A DNA stretch of 64,000 nt from Felis catus. Lineage: Eukaryota. Both the position numbers and the translations under genes were made by a program. Where the stretch lies: positions 30,194,001-30,258,000 of the forward strand of contig NC_058368.1 of NCBI RefSeq assembly GCF_018350175.1, in the 5' to 3' direction. Below are positions 47,485 to 59,347 of this stretch, piece by piece; the first letter of the stretch is position 1, and each line of letters begins with the position of its first letter. The notes below the pieces were generated by a model that worked only from the letters and a program-made list of their open reading frames with translations, had not been told where the DNA came from and did no database searches.

Positions 47485-49544
47485 TAAAAATACAACTGGA
47501 TGTATTACAGTATCTTAAGTCTCCCTTTTGTCCCTCCAATGGTAAGACTTTGAAGACTTTGAAGATAGTATTTGTGAAGTGCATGTTAATCCGAAATGAC
47601 AAAACAGGGAAGTCCAGCTCAGGTTTATTATGATAGAAACCAATCTCCTAGACCAGGGCTTCCCTAGGAGAGGAAAGGGAGAGAGAAGACTCTTCAGGGA
47701 GCATCTGCTATGTACCAGCATGGGCTGGGCTCTTCACATGAGTCATCTCCAGGCAAAGCCACACATGGGTGCACCTTGTCTTTGGTCCCTAACTTTCCCC
47801 TTATGATGCCCTTGGAGCCTTGGTGTCTTTTCTCCCCACTCAATGCTCAATGGGTGAAAGACTTCTCACCTCCTTCCTTGCCATGCTTATACCTTCTGTA
47901 TCCCATCCCTTTGCACCCTGCTGTGAGTCAGGCTTATATATTCAAAAATGCCATCCCCATGAAGGTATTAAAGAAGGAGACTGGTATTATGAGGACTTTG
48001 TATCTTAAATAGTAATTTTAAAACTGAGAATTGCAGGGGGAGAGAAATTTGGAGGACAACATGGATATGTTGCTACTTCTCAAGTGACAGGGCATAAAAC
48101 CCTTTTCTTACAGGGCTTACCCTGCTTACGTCATAATGTCAAGCAACTTGTGGCACAGTTTGACTCTATGGGGAAGGCGAAATTTCCATCATCACTATCA
48201 ATTCTCCTGTGTCTGACTGCGGTAAGACAATGACCTTTTCAGGTGTTAAAATGGGACATTAGCAAAAGTAAGAAGAGTACTGGAGAGAAAAGGTCACTTG
48301 AAACCAACAACATTTTACCTATGAGCTCCCTGGGTTTCTAGGTAAGTGGAGATAGTCGCAATAATAGTTATTTTTCTTCCCCCGACTCAATTATTGGCTC
48401 TGGATTTCCAGCCTACAGAGGCAGTCTTTGGTAAAAGGATAATGAATGATAATTCTGACCTCAAATATTGACAGGGCTGTCCCTGTCTCAGACTGGTTCA
48501 TTTACGTTTCAAGAATGTTTTCTCTTTCTAAAAGGATTCTAAAGCTGGATAATCCACTTCATCTATTGTGATACACATTTCAATTATAATTATCATTACT
48601 CCAGTGCCTTTTCCAGGTATGCATAGCACAAGATTCCATCTTCCTTAGAAACCATCCTGAAGACTAAGGGACAACCACAAACACTTTTCCTATAGATTGA
48701 AGTTCTGGTTAAAACATTTTTCTGTAGGAAGCGTTCATTCTTCTGACCTGAAACTACATTTAGGTAATTGGGTTTGGGTTTCAGCAACAGTGTCAAAGTA
48801 CAACATAACATCAAGAGAATTTATTTGCTTCTGTTTTTTAGGCCTCTTGCACTGGCTCTAACTTCGAGTTGAATTTCACAATTAATCTTTTTTTTCCTAA
48901 ACAAGGGCACATTTCTTAAAACTGTGTTTTGTGATTTTATAATTTTAACATTTCTGACGAGGAACAAAACCTTAGGCAAAACACCAGCAGCTCTTAAGAA
49001 ACCTTTTATTTGACTTTTATATTACAAAGCAGGCTCAGAATCTGAAAGATGTAGAATCTGACGCATTAGTAGGTACAAAGTAGTCAACTCAAAATGTGCT
49101 TGATTGATCCAAAATGATTAGAGGAGAAACTAGAAGCAGGTTAGTTGAAATTTGCATGACCCCTGTGGGTTTGTACAGAATGCTGTTACTTCTAGGTTGG
49201 GAGAATGTCTCCTTATCATGGAAATTTATTTAAACAAACTCTAAGGCAAGCAGGTGCTGCACACATTTTCTTTGCTTCTAACTAGTTTTTGCTTTGGTCG
49301 GACTTTCAGGTATCATCAGAGAACAGTGACCAGGCATCTGCCTTTTCATTCCTTCTTACCCCGCCCCCCCATCTTCACTACCTTCACATGCCAAGCCCAA
49401 CCATTAATTCATCTTGACCGTGTTTACCTCTTAGTCTTAAGAGAACAAAATTGAACCTTACCTCTTTGGCAATTAAATCAGGTGATTTTCCTCTTATGGC
49501 AGTTCAACTGGGATATGCAATAAAACAGATTTTGAAATTAAAGG

Positions 49545-50120
49545 AGCATTTTTCAACACGTTTCCTTGAATACCAGACTCATCATAGTATCTAGGTCAGA
49601 GGTCTGTGACCAAATATGTGTGGGGAATTCTGTATCCAGTGCTACTCAAAGTATAGTCCAGTACTCATTCCAGTCCACAACCTGTTTCCTGTCTGTGATA
49701 CAAACAAAAACTGAGAATATACATTTAGAGACTTAAATAGAAATTTGACGTAATCCCACTTCTGTTAAGTCTAATAATAAAAATGGATCGCATTTATTGT
49801 CTTTACTTCAGTTTTCCAGTATATTGATTTTATTATTTTTATTATAGTTTAGAAAAGTCATGCTTCTCTGAATTGGGAAAGGAACCCAAACCCATCCTTC
49901 ACCACAGGTAGTTAGAGAAATGCTGGTATATTCTGTTATCTTTAGATTCACAATATATAATATATAATAAAGGCTCTTAGAAGTCTTGCAGTAAAGAAAC
50001 CCACTTAACTCAGTGTTTCTAATGCTTACTAGGCTTTAGAACCTTTTTTTTTCTTTTGGATTACCTCTATTAATATTGTATGTAATTAATGTTCTACAGA
50101 ACACATTTTGGAAAGTGTCT
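49545..50120. mobile_element. Charlie4a-like hAT element (interrupted by MER5C)
   Basis: 'gattcacaat...taaaggctcttagaagtcttgcagtaaagaaacc...tgttctacagaacacattttggaaa'; left part 'ggtctgtgaccaaatatgtgtgggg'. Confidence 0.6.
49637..49925 (+). mobile_element. MER5C-like hAT MITE
   Basis: Termini 'cagtgctactcaaagt' and 'ccttcaccacaggtagttagagaaatgctg'. Confidence 0.8.
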
Positions 50121-50989
50121 TATGATGAGCATTGTCTATAGGGGACTTTATACTTTTAAAAACACAGTAAGGTGTTCTCAAAAACATGTTAAAAATGGAG
50201 CCAGTAGGCAAATACCACACACTAACATGATGCTACATTACATTTTCGGAAATGTATGTTTTAGTTAGTTTAGTAACTAGGACTTGAAATCTAATCGTAC
50301 CTGTTCACTTTCATATTTGAGGGAGTCAGTCCATGTAAGGATGAACTAATTTTATTTTAGATAGGGAATAAGAAATGCAAATGATGGGAAAGGAAGATTT
50401 TGATTGTTTATTTGTCAAAAATAGAAGGACACTAAAGCCAGTCTCTATGCAGGGTGCATGGGAGCTCCCACTCACCCTGGAACTTCCGATCACGTTCGTG
50501 CTCGTGTCTTCTTTTTACAGTTTAGGTGATATTTGGAAAATCTCAAAAACAGAGTCTGGAGATTTGGTTCACACAAACAGGAGACTGATCACTGACATTC
50601 TGAGTTAATCCGCACAAGAAATCCAACTTGTTGAATTTCCTATAAGGGATCACACTACCTTAGTCCAGTGACAGTGTGAACACAGTGAAGTTGAAACTGC
50701 AACAAAGAAAGCAAGAACCTAGTTACTGTCTTCAAGGGAGGAATGTACTAGCAAGAGTGCACAGGGATGGCGGTGCGTGGAGACGTTTCCTGGGGACCAC
50801 GGGGTGGCAGATCACCCAACAGTGTGCTGTTTCCTTGGGGAATTCTTTATGGTCTTGGAGTTAGCCTCACCTCTCCAGTGTTGGAAACATGACCTCACCA
50901 GTGCTTCCGAAGTGACAGGTCTTAGATGTTAGTTAGTGATATCAAAGCTCACAACAACACTAATGATTAAAATCAGATTATTAAGAGCA

Positions 50990-51182
50990 TTGTCGTGAAG
51001 AGCACACGTTCTAGAAGTATGTTCTTTAGGTTCTGATCCTGGCTTCTCCACTAACTAGCTGTGCGACCTCGAGTAAGTGACTAAGCTCTCAGTTCTGTTG
51101 GAGAACTCAATGAGAGAATAGATGTAAAGTGCTTTGAATGGTGTATGGCATGCCATAAGCAATGAATAATGGTTAGTTGTTA
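50990..51182 (+). mobile_element. MIR
   Basis: 'ggttctgatcctggcttctccactaactagctgtgcgacctcgagtaagtgactaa...atgtaaagtgctt'. Confidence 0.8.
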
Positions 51183-51811
51183 TAATGTACGTTGATAAAT
51201 GCAATGTCAAGTGGACTATATATTCAAATTTGCTTGATTAGCTTATCTCACCTTGTAGGCAAGCTACATAGGAAACCAAATTTTCAGCAGCTGCTTTGTA
51301 ATCCTGGCACTGGAAGGAGTTACTTCTCTCTGCGTGTTCCTTAGCACTAGGCTATGACCACACGATGCATTTATTTTGGCACCCTTGGAGTCAGAAAGGA
51401 GAGACAGTCCCTGTCACGTTCATGGATGTAGCTGGCAAACAGCTTCCAGTAGGTTATGGGCAAGGTTGCTATCCTGAGAGATATTCTGCCTCTTCATGGT
51501 GATGTGTAAGCCCATGTTCTGATTCTCTTATTTGCTACTTTTAGAATGCAGATCTAAGAGGACAGCTTTATTATTTCCATGATCTCAGAGGTCATCTTAG
51601 TGTTGCCCTACCATATACATACCTCCTGTGACATATGCATGTATCCAGACTCGAGGTGAATATAATAGTGAAGACTGAGAATTCTCCTAATAGCAAGCAA
51701 CCTATACTTAAAAGAATAACCCAGCTTGAAGATTTGCAGAAACAAAGTCACAGTTTCAGAAATGATCTATGGGTTTTATTGAATGCAATTACAATTCTGC
51801 AGTTGCCTATT

Positions 51812-52029
51812 TTTTTTTTTAATTTTTAAGGTTTTTTATTTATTTTTGAGACAGGGAGACAGAACATGAACAGGGGAGTGTCATAGAGAGGGAGACACAG
51901 AATCTGAAACAGGCTCCAGGCTCTGAGCTGTCAGCACAGAGCCCGAAGCGGGGCTTGAACTCATGGACCGCGAGATCATGACCTGAGCCGAAGTCGGCCG
52001 CTTAACCGACTGAGCCACCCAGGTGCCCC
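51812..52029 (-). mobile_element. CanSINE (SINEC_Fc), young
   Basis: Close to consensus with CpGs retained; perfect TSD tgcagttgcctatt. Confidence 0.99.
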
Positions 52030-52186
52030 TGCAGTTGCCTATTGAATTGAAACCCTAGGATTTATCCAAATTATCAACTCTCTGTTTTGGTCAAATTAAT
52101 TTTATTTTTATTATAGTTTAGTTTATTTGGTCAAATTTCTAAAAAAAAAAAAAAGATTAAGCTTAAAGAAAATCATGCCCACCATT

Positions 52187-52382
52187 GGGGCACCTGGGTG
52201 GCTCAGTCGGTTAAGCATCCGAATTTTGGTTTGGGCTCAGGTCACGATCTGGTGGTTTCATGAGTTTGAGCCCCACGTTGGGCTCTGCGCAGGAGCCTGC
52301 TTGGGATTCTTTCTCTCCATTTCTCTCTGTTCCTCCCCTGCTCTCATTGTCTCTGTCTCTCAAAAAAATAAATAAACTTAAA
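52187..52382 (+). mobile_element. CanSINE (Fc2-like)
   Basis: Head, CT tract, tail; TSD aaaatcatgccca. Confidence 0.96.
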
Positions 52383-52577
52383 AAAATCATGCCCATCAAA
52401 CAGGGAATCTCAGCATTATCCTAAAATTTTGACTCCTTTGCCATGCTCTGGCCAATGTTTTGGGTTTTCTGGACTTGGGACCATAATCATCTTATATTTA
52501 GGAGTCATCTTCAGTGATGTGAACCTATGGTTGAGATTTGAGGTGTGTATGACAATTCTCTCCCATGGTTCAACCTG

Positions 52578-52797
52578 TTTATTTTTAATTTTTTTAATGT
52601 TTATTCATTTTTTGAGAGAGAGAGAGCGAGCATGAGTGGGGGAGGAGCAGAGAGAGAGGGAGACACAGAATTCAAAGCAGGCTCCAGGCTCTGAGCTGCA
52701 AGCACAGAGCCCGACGTGGGGCCCGAACCCATGGAATGCGAGATCCTGACCTGAGCTGAAGTTGGATGCTCAATAGACTGAGCCCCCCAGGCACCCC
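52578..52797 (-). mobile_element. CanSINE (SINEC_Fc)
   Basis: Full-length reverse copy ending 'ctgagccccccaggcacccc'. Confidence 0.96.
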
Positions 52798-54194
52798 TAC
52801 AAGACAGTATTTTTATGATCTTACTGAACGTGCTCTTTTTTATGAATAAAGTAGTTAGAGCTGTTTGGGAGGCTGCTTTGTTTTACTATTAAATGTCAAT
52901 GTCCATGATTGGCTGCAAATTAGCAATGAAAAATCCAGGGATTCATTCGTGTATAGATCACGGTAAAGCGAAACCTTAAGAAGGGTAAATATTCCTGTTC
53001 TTTATTAGCCCCATTGAACGTGGTAGCTAGATTTTGTGCACCATTCATTGCCCCTAAATTTTAAGCTGAGAGTGTATGAAACTAAACTTTTAATTAGGAG
53101 CCCAGTGGAGAAAATAGACTTCTCTTCAGATATCACATTATGTATTTTCCCCCCACTTCTATTGCCTTTTGAAAATAATCTCCGTCATTACTACTTGGCA
53201 ATGAACCTCCAGCATCACACTCAAAATTAACTTATAATTCTCATTAAGTGCAGCCTAGACTGTCTGTGTCCTTACCCAAATCCCGACAAACAACTTGATT
53301 TGCCGCTTACCCAAAAACTTCCTCCTGAAGAGAAAAGGCGAAAGTAGGTACGAGGCTTTTAAACCTTAGATGAGGTAAGTACAGTGTTCAATAACTTCAT
53401 CAAATAAGGTCTAAATTTTATGGTGCGAATGCCAGGCTTCACAGGTCAGTGAGCTGTTTCAAATGGTACACAAGGCTGCCTATATCAAATTTGTACAGAA
53501 GAATTGATTTTGGTGGTTGGAATAAGGCCATTTTAGTCTTGCTGCAAGCTTTCCAGAAATAATAGTGCTATATTAGAAGAGAAATTATAAATAGATTACT
53601 GTTTTTAAGTATTCTTCGGAATGTTAACAACTAATATAATGGACTTTCTATTGCAATCCTAAATAGCAAGTGTCAACCTGATTTTCAGAGTTCTCCACTG
53701 CCTCTCAGCGGTCCTGTGGATTCAGGGGAAGCTGTGCCGTCTGGCTGACAGAAACACTGTGTTTTATTCTCACCCTTTGTTTTCTTCCTTTTGGGTCTGC
53801 TGTGCTTCTATTTGTGGACAGACAGCCAAAGGAGGCATACGAGACCTCTGATGCCTGGCAAGTTGCACCCCTGGGAGGTGGGGAGAAGCAAGCGTGCTTC
53901 CAAAATGGGGGCTCTTGGTGTGTTTTGCGTTTGTGTGAGATGTTAATTGGCAGAAAATTGGTAGGTACTTGTAATGCATCAGACGCGACCTTCTAAAACG
54001 CATCTTGTGCCCTCATGATCTTTTGCCTGTGGATTGCCTCTCAGAATGGGAGTTTTTCCAAATGTTTCAGCTTCTGAGAGGTCATGAGTACTTTGTGTGG
54101 TACATATAGGCACGTCTTTGCAGAGGGCCTTCCACAGCTGTCTGTAGGGCTTAGGGATTGAATGCACAGAGTAGTCTGTACATATAAAAATACA

Positions 54195-54359
54195 GGGGTT
54201 GCTAGAGGGGAGGGAGGTGGGGGATGGGCTCATGGGAGATGGGCATTAAGGAGGGCACTTGTTGGGATGAGCACTGGGTTCTGAATCACTGGGTTCTACT
54301 CCTGAAACCAATACTACACTGTATGTTAGGTAACTTGAATTTAAATAAATAAATTAAAA
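54195..54359 (+). mobile_element. Very short 5'-truncated carnivore L1 3' UTR
   Basis: 'gggttgctagagggg...gatgggcattaaggagggcacttgttgggatgagcactgggt...ttctactcctgaaacca...' followed by an A-rich tail. Confidence 0.93.
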
Positions 54360-54373
54360 TAAATACAGAGTTT

Positions 54374-54607
54374 GGGGCACCTGGGTGGCTAAGTCGGTTG
54401 AGTGTCCTACTTCAGCTCAGGTCATGAGCTCACAGTTCACAAGTTGGAGCCCTCTTTGGGCTCTGTGCTGACAGCTCAGAGCCTGGAGCCTGCTTCAGAT
54501 TCTATGCCTCCCTCTCTCTCTGTGCCCCCAGCCCCCCCGCCTGGAGCGCGTGCTCTCTCTCTGTCTCTCTATCTCGAAGGTGAATAAACATTAAATTTTT
54601 TTTTTTT
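54374..54607 (+). mobile_element. CanSINE (SINEC_Fc)
   Basis: Perfect TSD taaatacagagttt at 54360-54373 and 54608-54621. Confidence 0.97.
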
Positions 54608-54659
54608 TAAATACAGAGTTTCTGTAGGAAAAGCTTTCAGTTCCTTTAAGCAGACTCGG

Positions 54660-54800
54660 TCGTTTCTGTCTCATACACCTGTTGCCCTTTCAAACAACAT
54701 TCCTCTGTCATTTGTTTGCATGTTTGTCTCCCTGTCTAGGATGGGAATTCCTGCCAGTATCTAGCATAAAGTCTGGCACATAGTAAGCAGTTTTCTCAAA
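54660..54800 (+). mobile_element. L2 3' end
   Basis: 'tgtttgtctccctgtctag...tatctagcataaagtctggcacatagtaagcag'. Confidence 0.65.
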
Positions 54801-55543
54801 TACTCGATTCCCCACACATACCTTGGGGCTGAGGATTAAGATCTGGCGAAATCTGATTAAAAGCTCAAATGTGGAATATTGGCTAATGTGAGTGCGGGGC
54901 TTAGGATGGAGTCTGTATGAGGCTCAGGTGGGAAGGAATTGAGAAATAGTGTTTATTTTCCTCGCAAAGTAAAGCCACACTTGACTTCAGACCCTCACAG
55001 GAAAGAGATGCATGCCTTCACAGCGGAAACACCCTTCTACTGCTGACCTCCCTTCTGTAATTGAGGAGGGTGGATGGATCTCGGTGATCCTTTCAAGCTT
55101 TGAAACTTTGCGGCATCTTTGATATAAGGTATTAATTGCTTTCATTTTGCTTTGTTCTCGTTCGAAGATTGGATGGTCTCTTTGCTTTCTAGACTGCTCA
55201 AAAGTATGGATTCAATCCAGAGGGGCTTTATCGGCTATGAAACGTCAACAGACCTTAACTACAACCAGGACACTACAGAGGAGTGGTATTTGCAACTGGC
55301 ATATCAAATTGCATATTTCATGTAAATATCGGTATCTGACGACTGCACTTTGAAATGTCAATGAAGAAAGATGATTTTAAGAGAATCCTCTCCAACTGCC
55401 CTTCCTCCCACTATTACAATGACCTCTGTAGGTTTATAGCTGTTTATTTCCCTGTGAAGTAAGAGCCGTCTCCTCTTTCTCAGGGCCCATCCTGCCTACT
55501 CAGGCCGTTGCTTGACAGCCCGCCATTAAGGACAGTGTAGCCA

Positions 55544-55810
55544 GGGACGCCCGGGTGGCTCAGTTAAGCATCAGACTCTTGGTTTTCGGCTCAGGTCATG
55601 ATCTTAAGGTTCGTGGCTTTGAGCCCCACACTGGGCTCTGCGCTGACAGTGTGGAGCCTGCCTGGGATTCTTTCTCTCTCCTCCCTCTCTCTCTGCCAAC
55701 TCCCCCTACTGGTACTTGCCCTCTCGAGTACGTGCATTCTCTGTCTCTTAAAATCAATAAACACCCTTAAAATAAAATAGAATGAAATAAAATAAAATAA
55801 AAATAAAATA
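55544..55810 (+). mobile_element. CanSINE (Fc2-like) with (TAAAA)n tail
   Basis: Head, CT tract, pentamer tail; degenerate TSD aaggacagtgtagccag / aagggcagcatagccag. Confidence 0.95.
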
Positions 55811-55858
55811 AAGGGCAGCATAGCCAGTCCAGTTGCTTTCAAAGGAAACTCTACTCCA

Positions 55859-56060
55859 GGGGTGCCTGGGTGGCTCGGTGGGTTAGACTCTGGCTTTGGC
55901 TCGGTTCATGGGTTGGAGACCCGCATCAGCGTCTGCGCTGACAGCTCAGAGCCTGGAGCCTGCTTCGGATTCTGTGTCTCCCTCTCCCTCTGCCCCTCAT
56001 CTGCTTGCCTTCTGTCTCTCTCCAAAATAAATAAACACTAAAAAAATAAAATGAAATAAA
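55859..56060 (+). mobile_element. CanSINE (SINEC_Fc), deletions in the tRNA part
   Basis: Head and Fc body; degenerate TSD tctactccagg / tctactctagg. Confidence 0.95.
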
Positions 56061-56289
56061 TAGGTCTACTCTAGGGTTGCATTACATCACTTAGAAGAAT
56101 AGTGGTTTTCAGGTATTTAATGTATTCCCCAGAGCCGAGGGGACGGCGATCGTGCAGGCAAGGTAGCCCGTCATGAGAAGAAGGAGGCTTTGGTCCTCTT
56201 CACGCCAGCCACGCGTCAAGGGCCTGCCTTCCCTTGCTCGCGCTTATGTTCCGCTGCGGGTCCCCACTCCTGCCTGTTCTTTCTCATAA

Positions 56290-56440
56290 AAACCAGGAGC
56301 TGAAAGGGACCTCAAAGATCATTTTTAAGTTTGATGGATGGGGAAACTGAGGCCTGGAGAGGTCATGCAACCTGCTCGAAGTCACACAGCTGTTTAAGGG
56401 AGGCTGGACCTGAGCTCCAGGGCTTTGAACTCATCTATCT
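56290..56440 (-). mobile_element. MIR
   Basis: 'ggatggggaaactgaggcctggagaggtcatgcaacctgctcgaagtcacacagct'. Confidence 0.8.
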
Positions 56441-56538
56441 GGCTTGAAAAGGGGCAGTGGCAGTAGAAATGTTAGATCCCATATTGTATTTTATAACAGC
56501 AAGAGTTTCCTTTAAGATTTTTCTCCCTTGCTTTAAAA

Positions 56539-56539
<1 letters not shown>

Positions 56540-56582
<43 letters not shown>
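56540..56582. repeat. (TG)n microsatellite, about 21 units
   Basis: Directly visible. Confidence 0.99.
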
Positions 56583-56585
<3 letters not shown>

Positions 56586-57256
56586 AACTTTCCCAGTTCT
56601 CCCATTTCTTACATGGAAGACTAATCTGACATCTTGTGCAGAGAATTGACTGTTTCCTGCAAAATAAACAGAGGAAAGCAAGTAGCTGAAGTATTTAGGG
56701 ACACTCAAGGGTCCTTAGTGCTCGAAGCTTCCAACAGCTCAGTAACCGCGCTTGTCCTGATTGGCAAGGGAGAGGAAGAGACGAGAAGAAGCCGTGTTCA
56801 GAGGCCTGGGCATGGTCGGAGGAGCAGTGTTGCAGTGAGTGAGTGATAGGTCTATTTTTTCAGAAAATACAAAAATGCAGAATCACCATCCCTAAGCTCA
56901 GAGAACCTGGCAGTCAACAAGACTTATTTCTAAGGCTCCAAGTAAAATGTCAACAAGGCATTTCGTGTCACCTCGGAGATCCCAGAGGACAAGCCATGCA
57001 TCTCTTACGCTCCACAGCAACCCACGGGGACTTGGGCTGCAGTCTCTTGGTGGGAAGATGTAGCCCAGTGCAGGAATGCCGGTGTGTATATGCCTGCTTT
57101 GAGGAAGCAGGAGTCGCGAAGGAAATCGCGGGGTGGGGGGTGGCAGGACCTCAGGATACCGGAGGGGTGACCTCAGCTTGTAAATGTCTAGATGTTGGGG
57201 GCCCATGTGTAGGAAGTTTAAAAAGACTGAACCAGACACAATAGAGGTGCTGCAGT

Positions 57257-57401
57257 CTAACTTTGCCTTTGACCCTATCGCCTTTCCGTTTTCACTTTCC
57301 CCCTTCTTACTACCCTTCTCACCCCCCAAACCCTAACCTTGCCTTTGACCCTATCGCCTTTCCGTTTTCACTTTCCCCCTTCTTACCCCCCAAACCCTAA
57401 C
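57257..57401. repeat. Tandem duplication, 76-bp period, 2 copies
   Basis: 'ttgcctttgaccctatcgcctttccgttttcactttcccccttcttac' occurs twice exactly. Confidence 0.97.
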
Positions 57402-57966
57402 TAACCCATGATTGCAAAGCTTGTGAAAACATCTATGAAGAGCACCATTCAGACAGGATCGGGATCGTACCAGTGATCCTGAGCCACACTCCAGTTGTGA
57501 GTTTCAGAGGCGTTAAAGATGACAACTGCTGCCTGAGCAAGGCACAGAGACACATGTTCCTCCTCGCCCCGTCAGACTCCAATCCTGCTGCTTTCCACCC
57601 AGAGATAGCCTTGTCTTCAGACGCGTATTGATGCGCATGGGGTGAGTAAAGCTGTTAATCACTATTTGACGCATCAAAACAATTGTCTTTCGACAGAGGG
57701 AGTAATGATCATAAATAAAAGGTGTTTATCTTTGACTTTTAGGGTGCTCCTGGGAAAGACACATCTCAGGACACTGAGTGGAGTGTTACGATGAGGCGGC
57801 GTTAGAAAGTGAGAAAGACAGGAGGCGTGATCCAGGGCCAGGAGAAGAAGCCAAGGGGAGCTGGATACGAACATCTATGATTCAGAGAGTGTGGTCATGT
57901 TCAGAGTCAGCCAACGAGGTGAAAGACACAGCACGGAAAATTCCTGCCAAGCCTGCCAAGCATTTA

Positions 57967-58697
57967 TGACACCAGCCTCAAGTTGGGGGGCCCGCGGCTA
58001 CCCCTCACTTCAGACCGGCTGGCTACAAATTTGGGGGTCCCCACAGAATCCCCGAGGTTTGTTAATTCACGAGGACTACCCACAGAATTCAGGGAAGTGC
58101 TATGCTTATAAGTGTAGTATTATTATCGCAAAAGGATACAAATCATTACCAGTTGAAAGAATAGTTGCCCATTCAGAACCCGGGACTGGGAAGGTTCCGA
58201 ATGTGAAGCTTCCGCATCCTCAGGGACACGGCGTCTTCCTGGCATCAATGTGTGGCGATATGCAAAGAACTGTCAACCCAGGAAGCTCACAGTGGCTTTG
58301 TGTCCGGAGTTTTTATTGAAGTTCATTATGTAGGCATGGTTAATTGAGTCATTGACCACATGGTTGAACTCAGTCTCTAGTTCATCCCTCTCCAAGGTCA
58401 GCTGCTTTCATGTGGCACAAAGCCCTAGTTTTCTAACCCCATGTCTTCCTGGAAGAGTCAGCCCCCAGACTAAGCCTGTCTGAGTGGCTGGCCCCACCCA
58501 GCATCGTCTCTTTAGTATAAACTGTCAGGTGCCCACTTACGTTAACACACACTATTAAGTGGGGTCTGAGGTGCCCATCACCAAAAATGAAGATATGCCT
58601 GTCACCTAGGAGATTCCCAGGGTTTAGAAGTTACCTCGTAAGGAGCCTGGACAAAGGTCAGACCTTCCTTTGGGAAGAGTTCGTTCTTCACTACACA
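57967..58697 (-). mobile_element. MER21-like solo LTR
   Basis: The reverse complement begins 'tgtgtagtgaagaa...cccaaaggaaggtctgacctttgtcc...gaggtaacttctaaaccctgggaat' and ends 'ttgaggctggtgtca'. Confidence 0.8.
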
Positions 58698-58930
58698 GCT
58701 TGGCATGGCAGGTTGACCCAAAGCATGTGCGTGTGTAGACTTGTGGAATTGTGTGGTGCAGAGGAAAGGAATGGGTGCTGTGATTCACCTGCCATGGCCC
58801 AAAACCACGTGAACGGGGAGCTGTTGAACTGTGCCCACCAAAACCCCGGCTGGGGGAGGCCATCTGAGTAGAAGTGAAAGCTACGGAGCCTTCTGTCATC
58901 AGGATGGTTCCATCTCTGGACTCGCCCTAC

Positions 58931-59347
58931 TTTTTTTTTTTTTAAGTTTATTTATTTATTTTGAGAGAGCGCATGTGAGCGGGGGAGAAACAGAGAGAGA
59001 GGGAGAGAGACCGAATCCCAAACAGGCTCCATGCTGTCAGCACAGAGCCCGATGCGGGGCTTGAACTCCCAAACCCTGAGATTATGATCTGAGTGGAAAT
59101 CAGGAATTGGATGCTTAGGGGCGCCTGGGTGGCTCAGTAGGTTAAGTATCCAACTTCGGCTCAGGTCACGATCTCACGGCTCAAGAGCTTGAGCCCAGCA
59201 TTGGGCTCTGTGCTGTCAGCGAGGAGCCTGCTTCAGATCTTCTCTCTCCCTCTCTCTCTGTCTGCCCCTCCCCTCCTCTTTCAAAAATAAATAAACATTA
59301 AAAAAAAAGAGTCAGATTCTAGGCTGACTGAGCCACTCAGGTACCCC
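58931..59347 (-). mobile_element. CanSINE (Fc2-like), host element split by a nested SINE
   Basis: Body at 58931-59117 and head at about 59322-59347; outer TSD tggactcgccctac / tggacttgccctgc. Confidence 0.95.
59118..59306 (+). mobile_element. CanSINE nested in opposite orientation
   Basis: Complete head and tail; diverged TSD derived from the host SINE (aggaattggatgctta / aagagtcagattcta). Confidence 0.95.
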
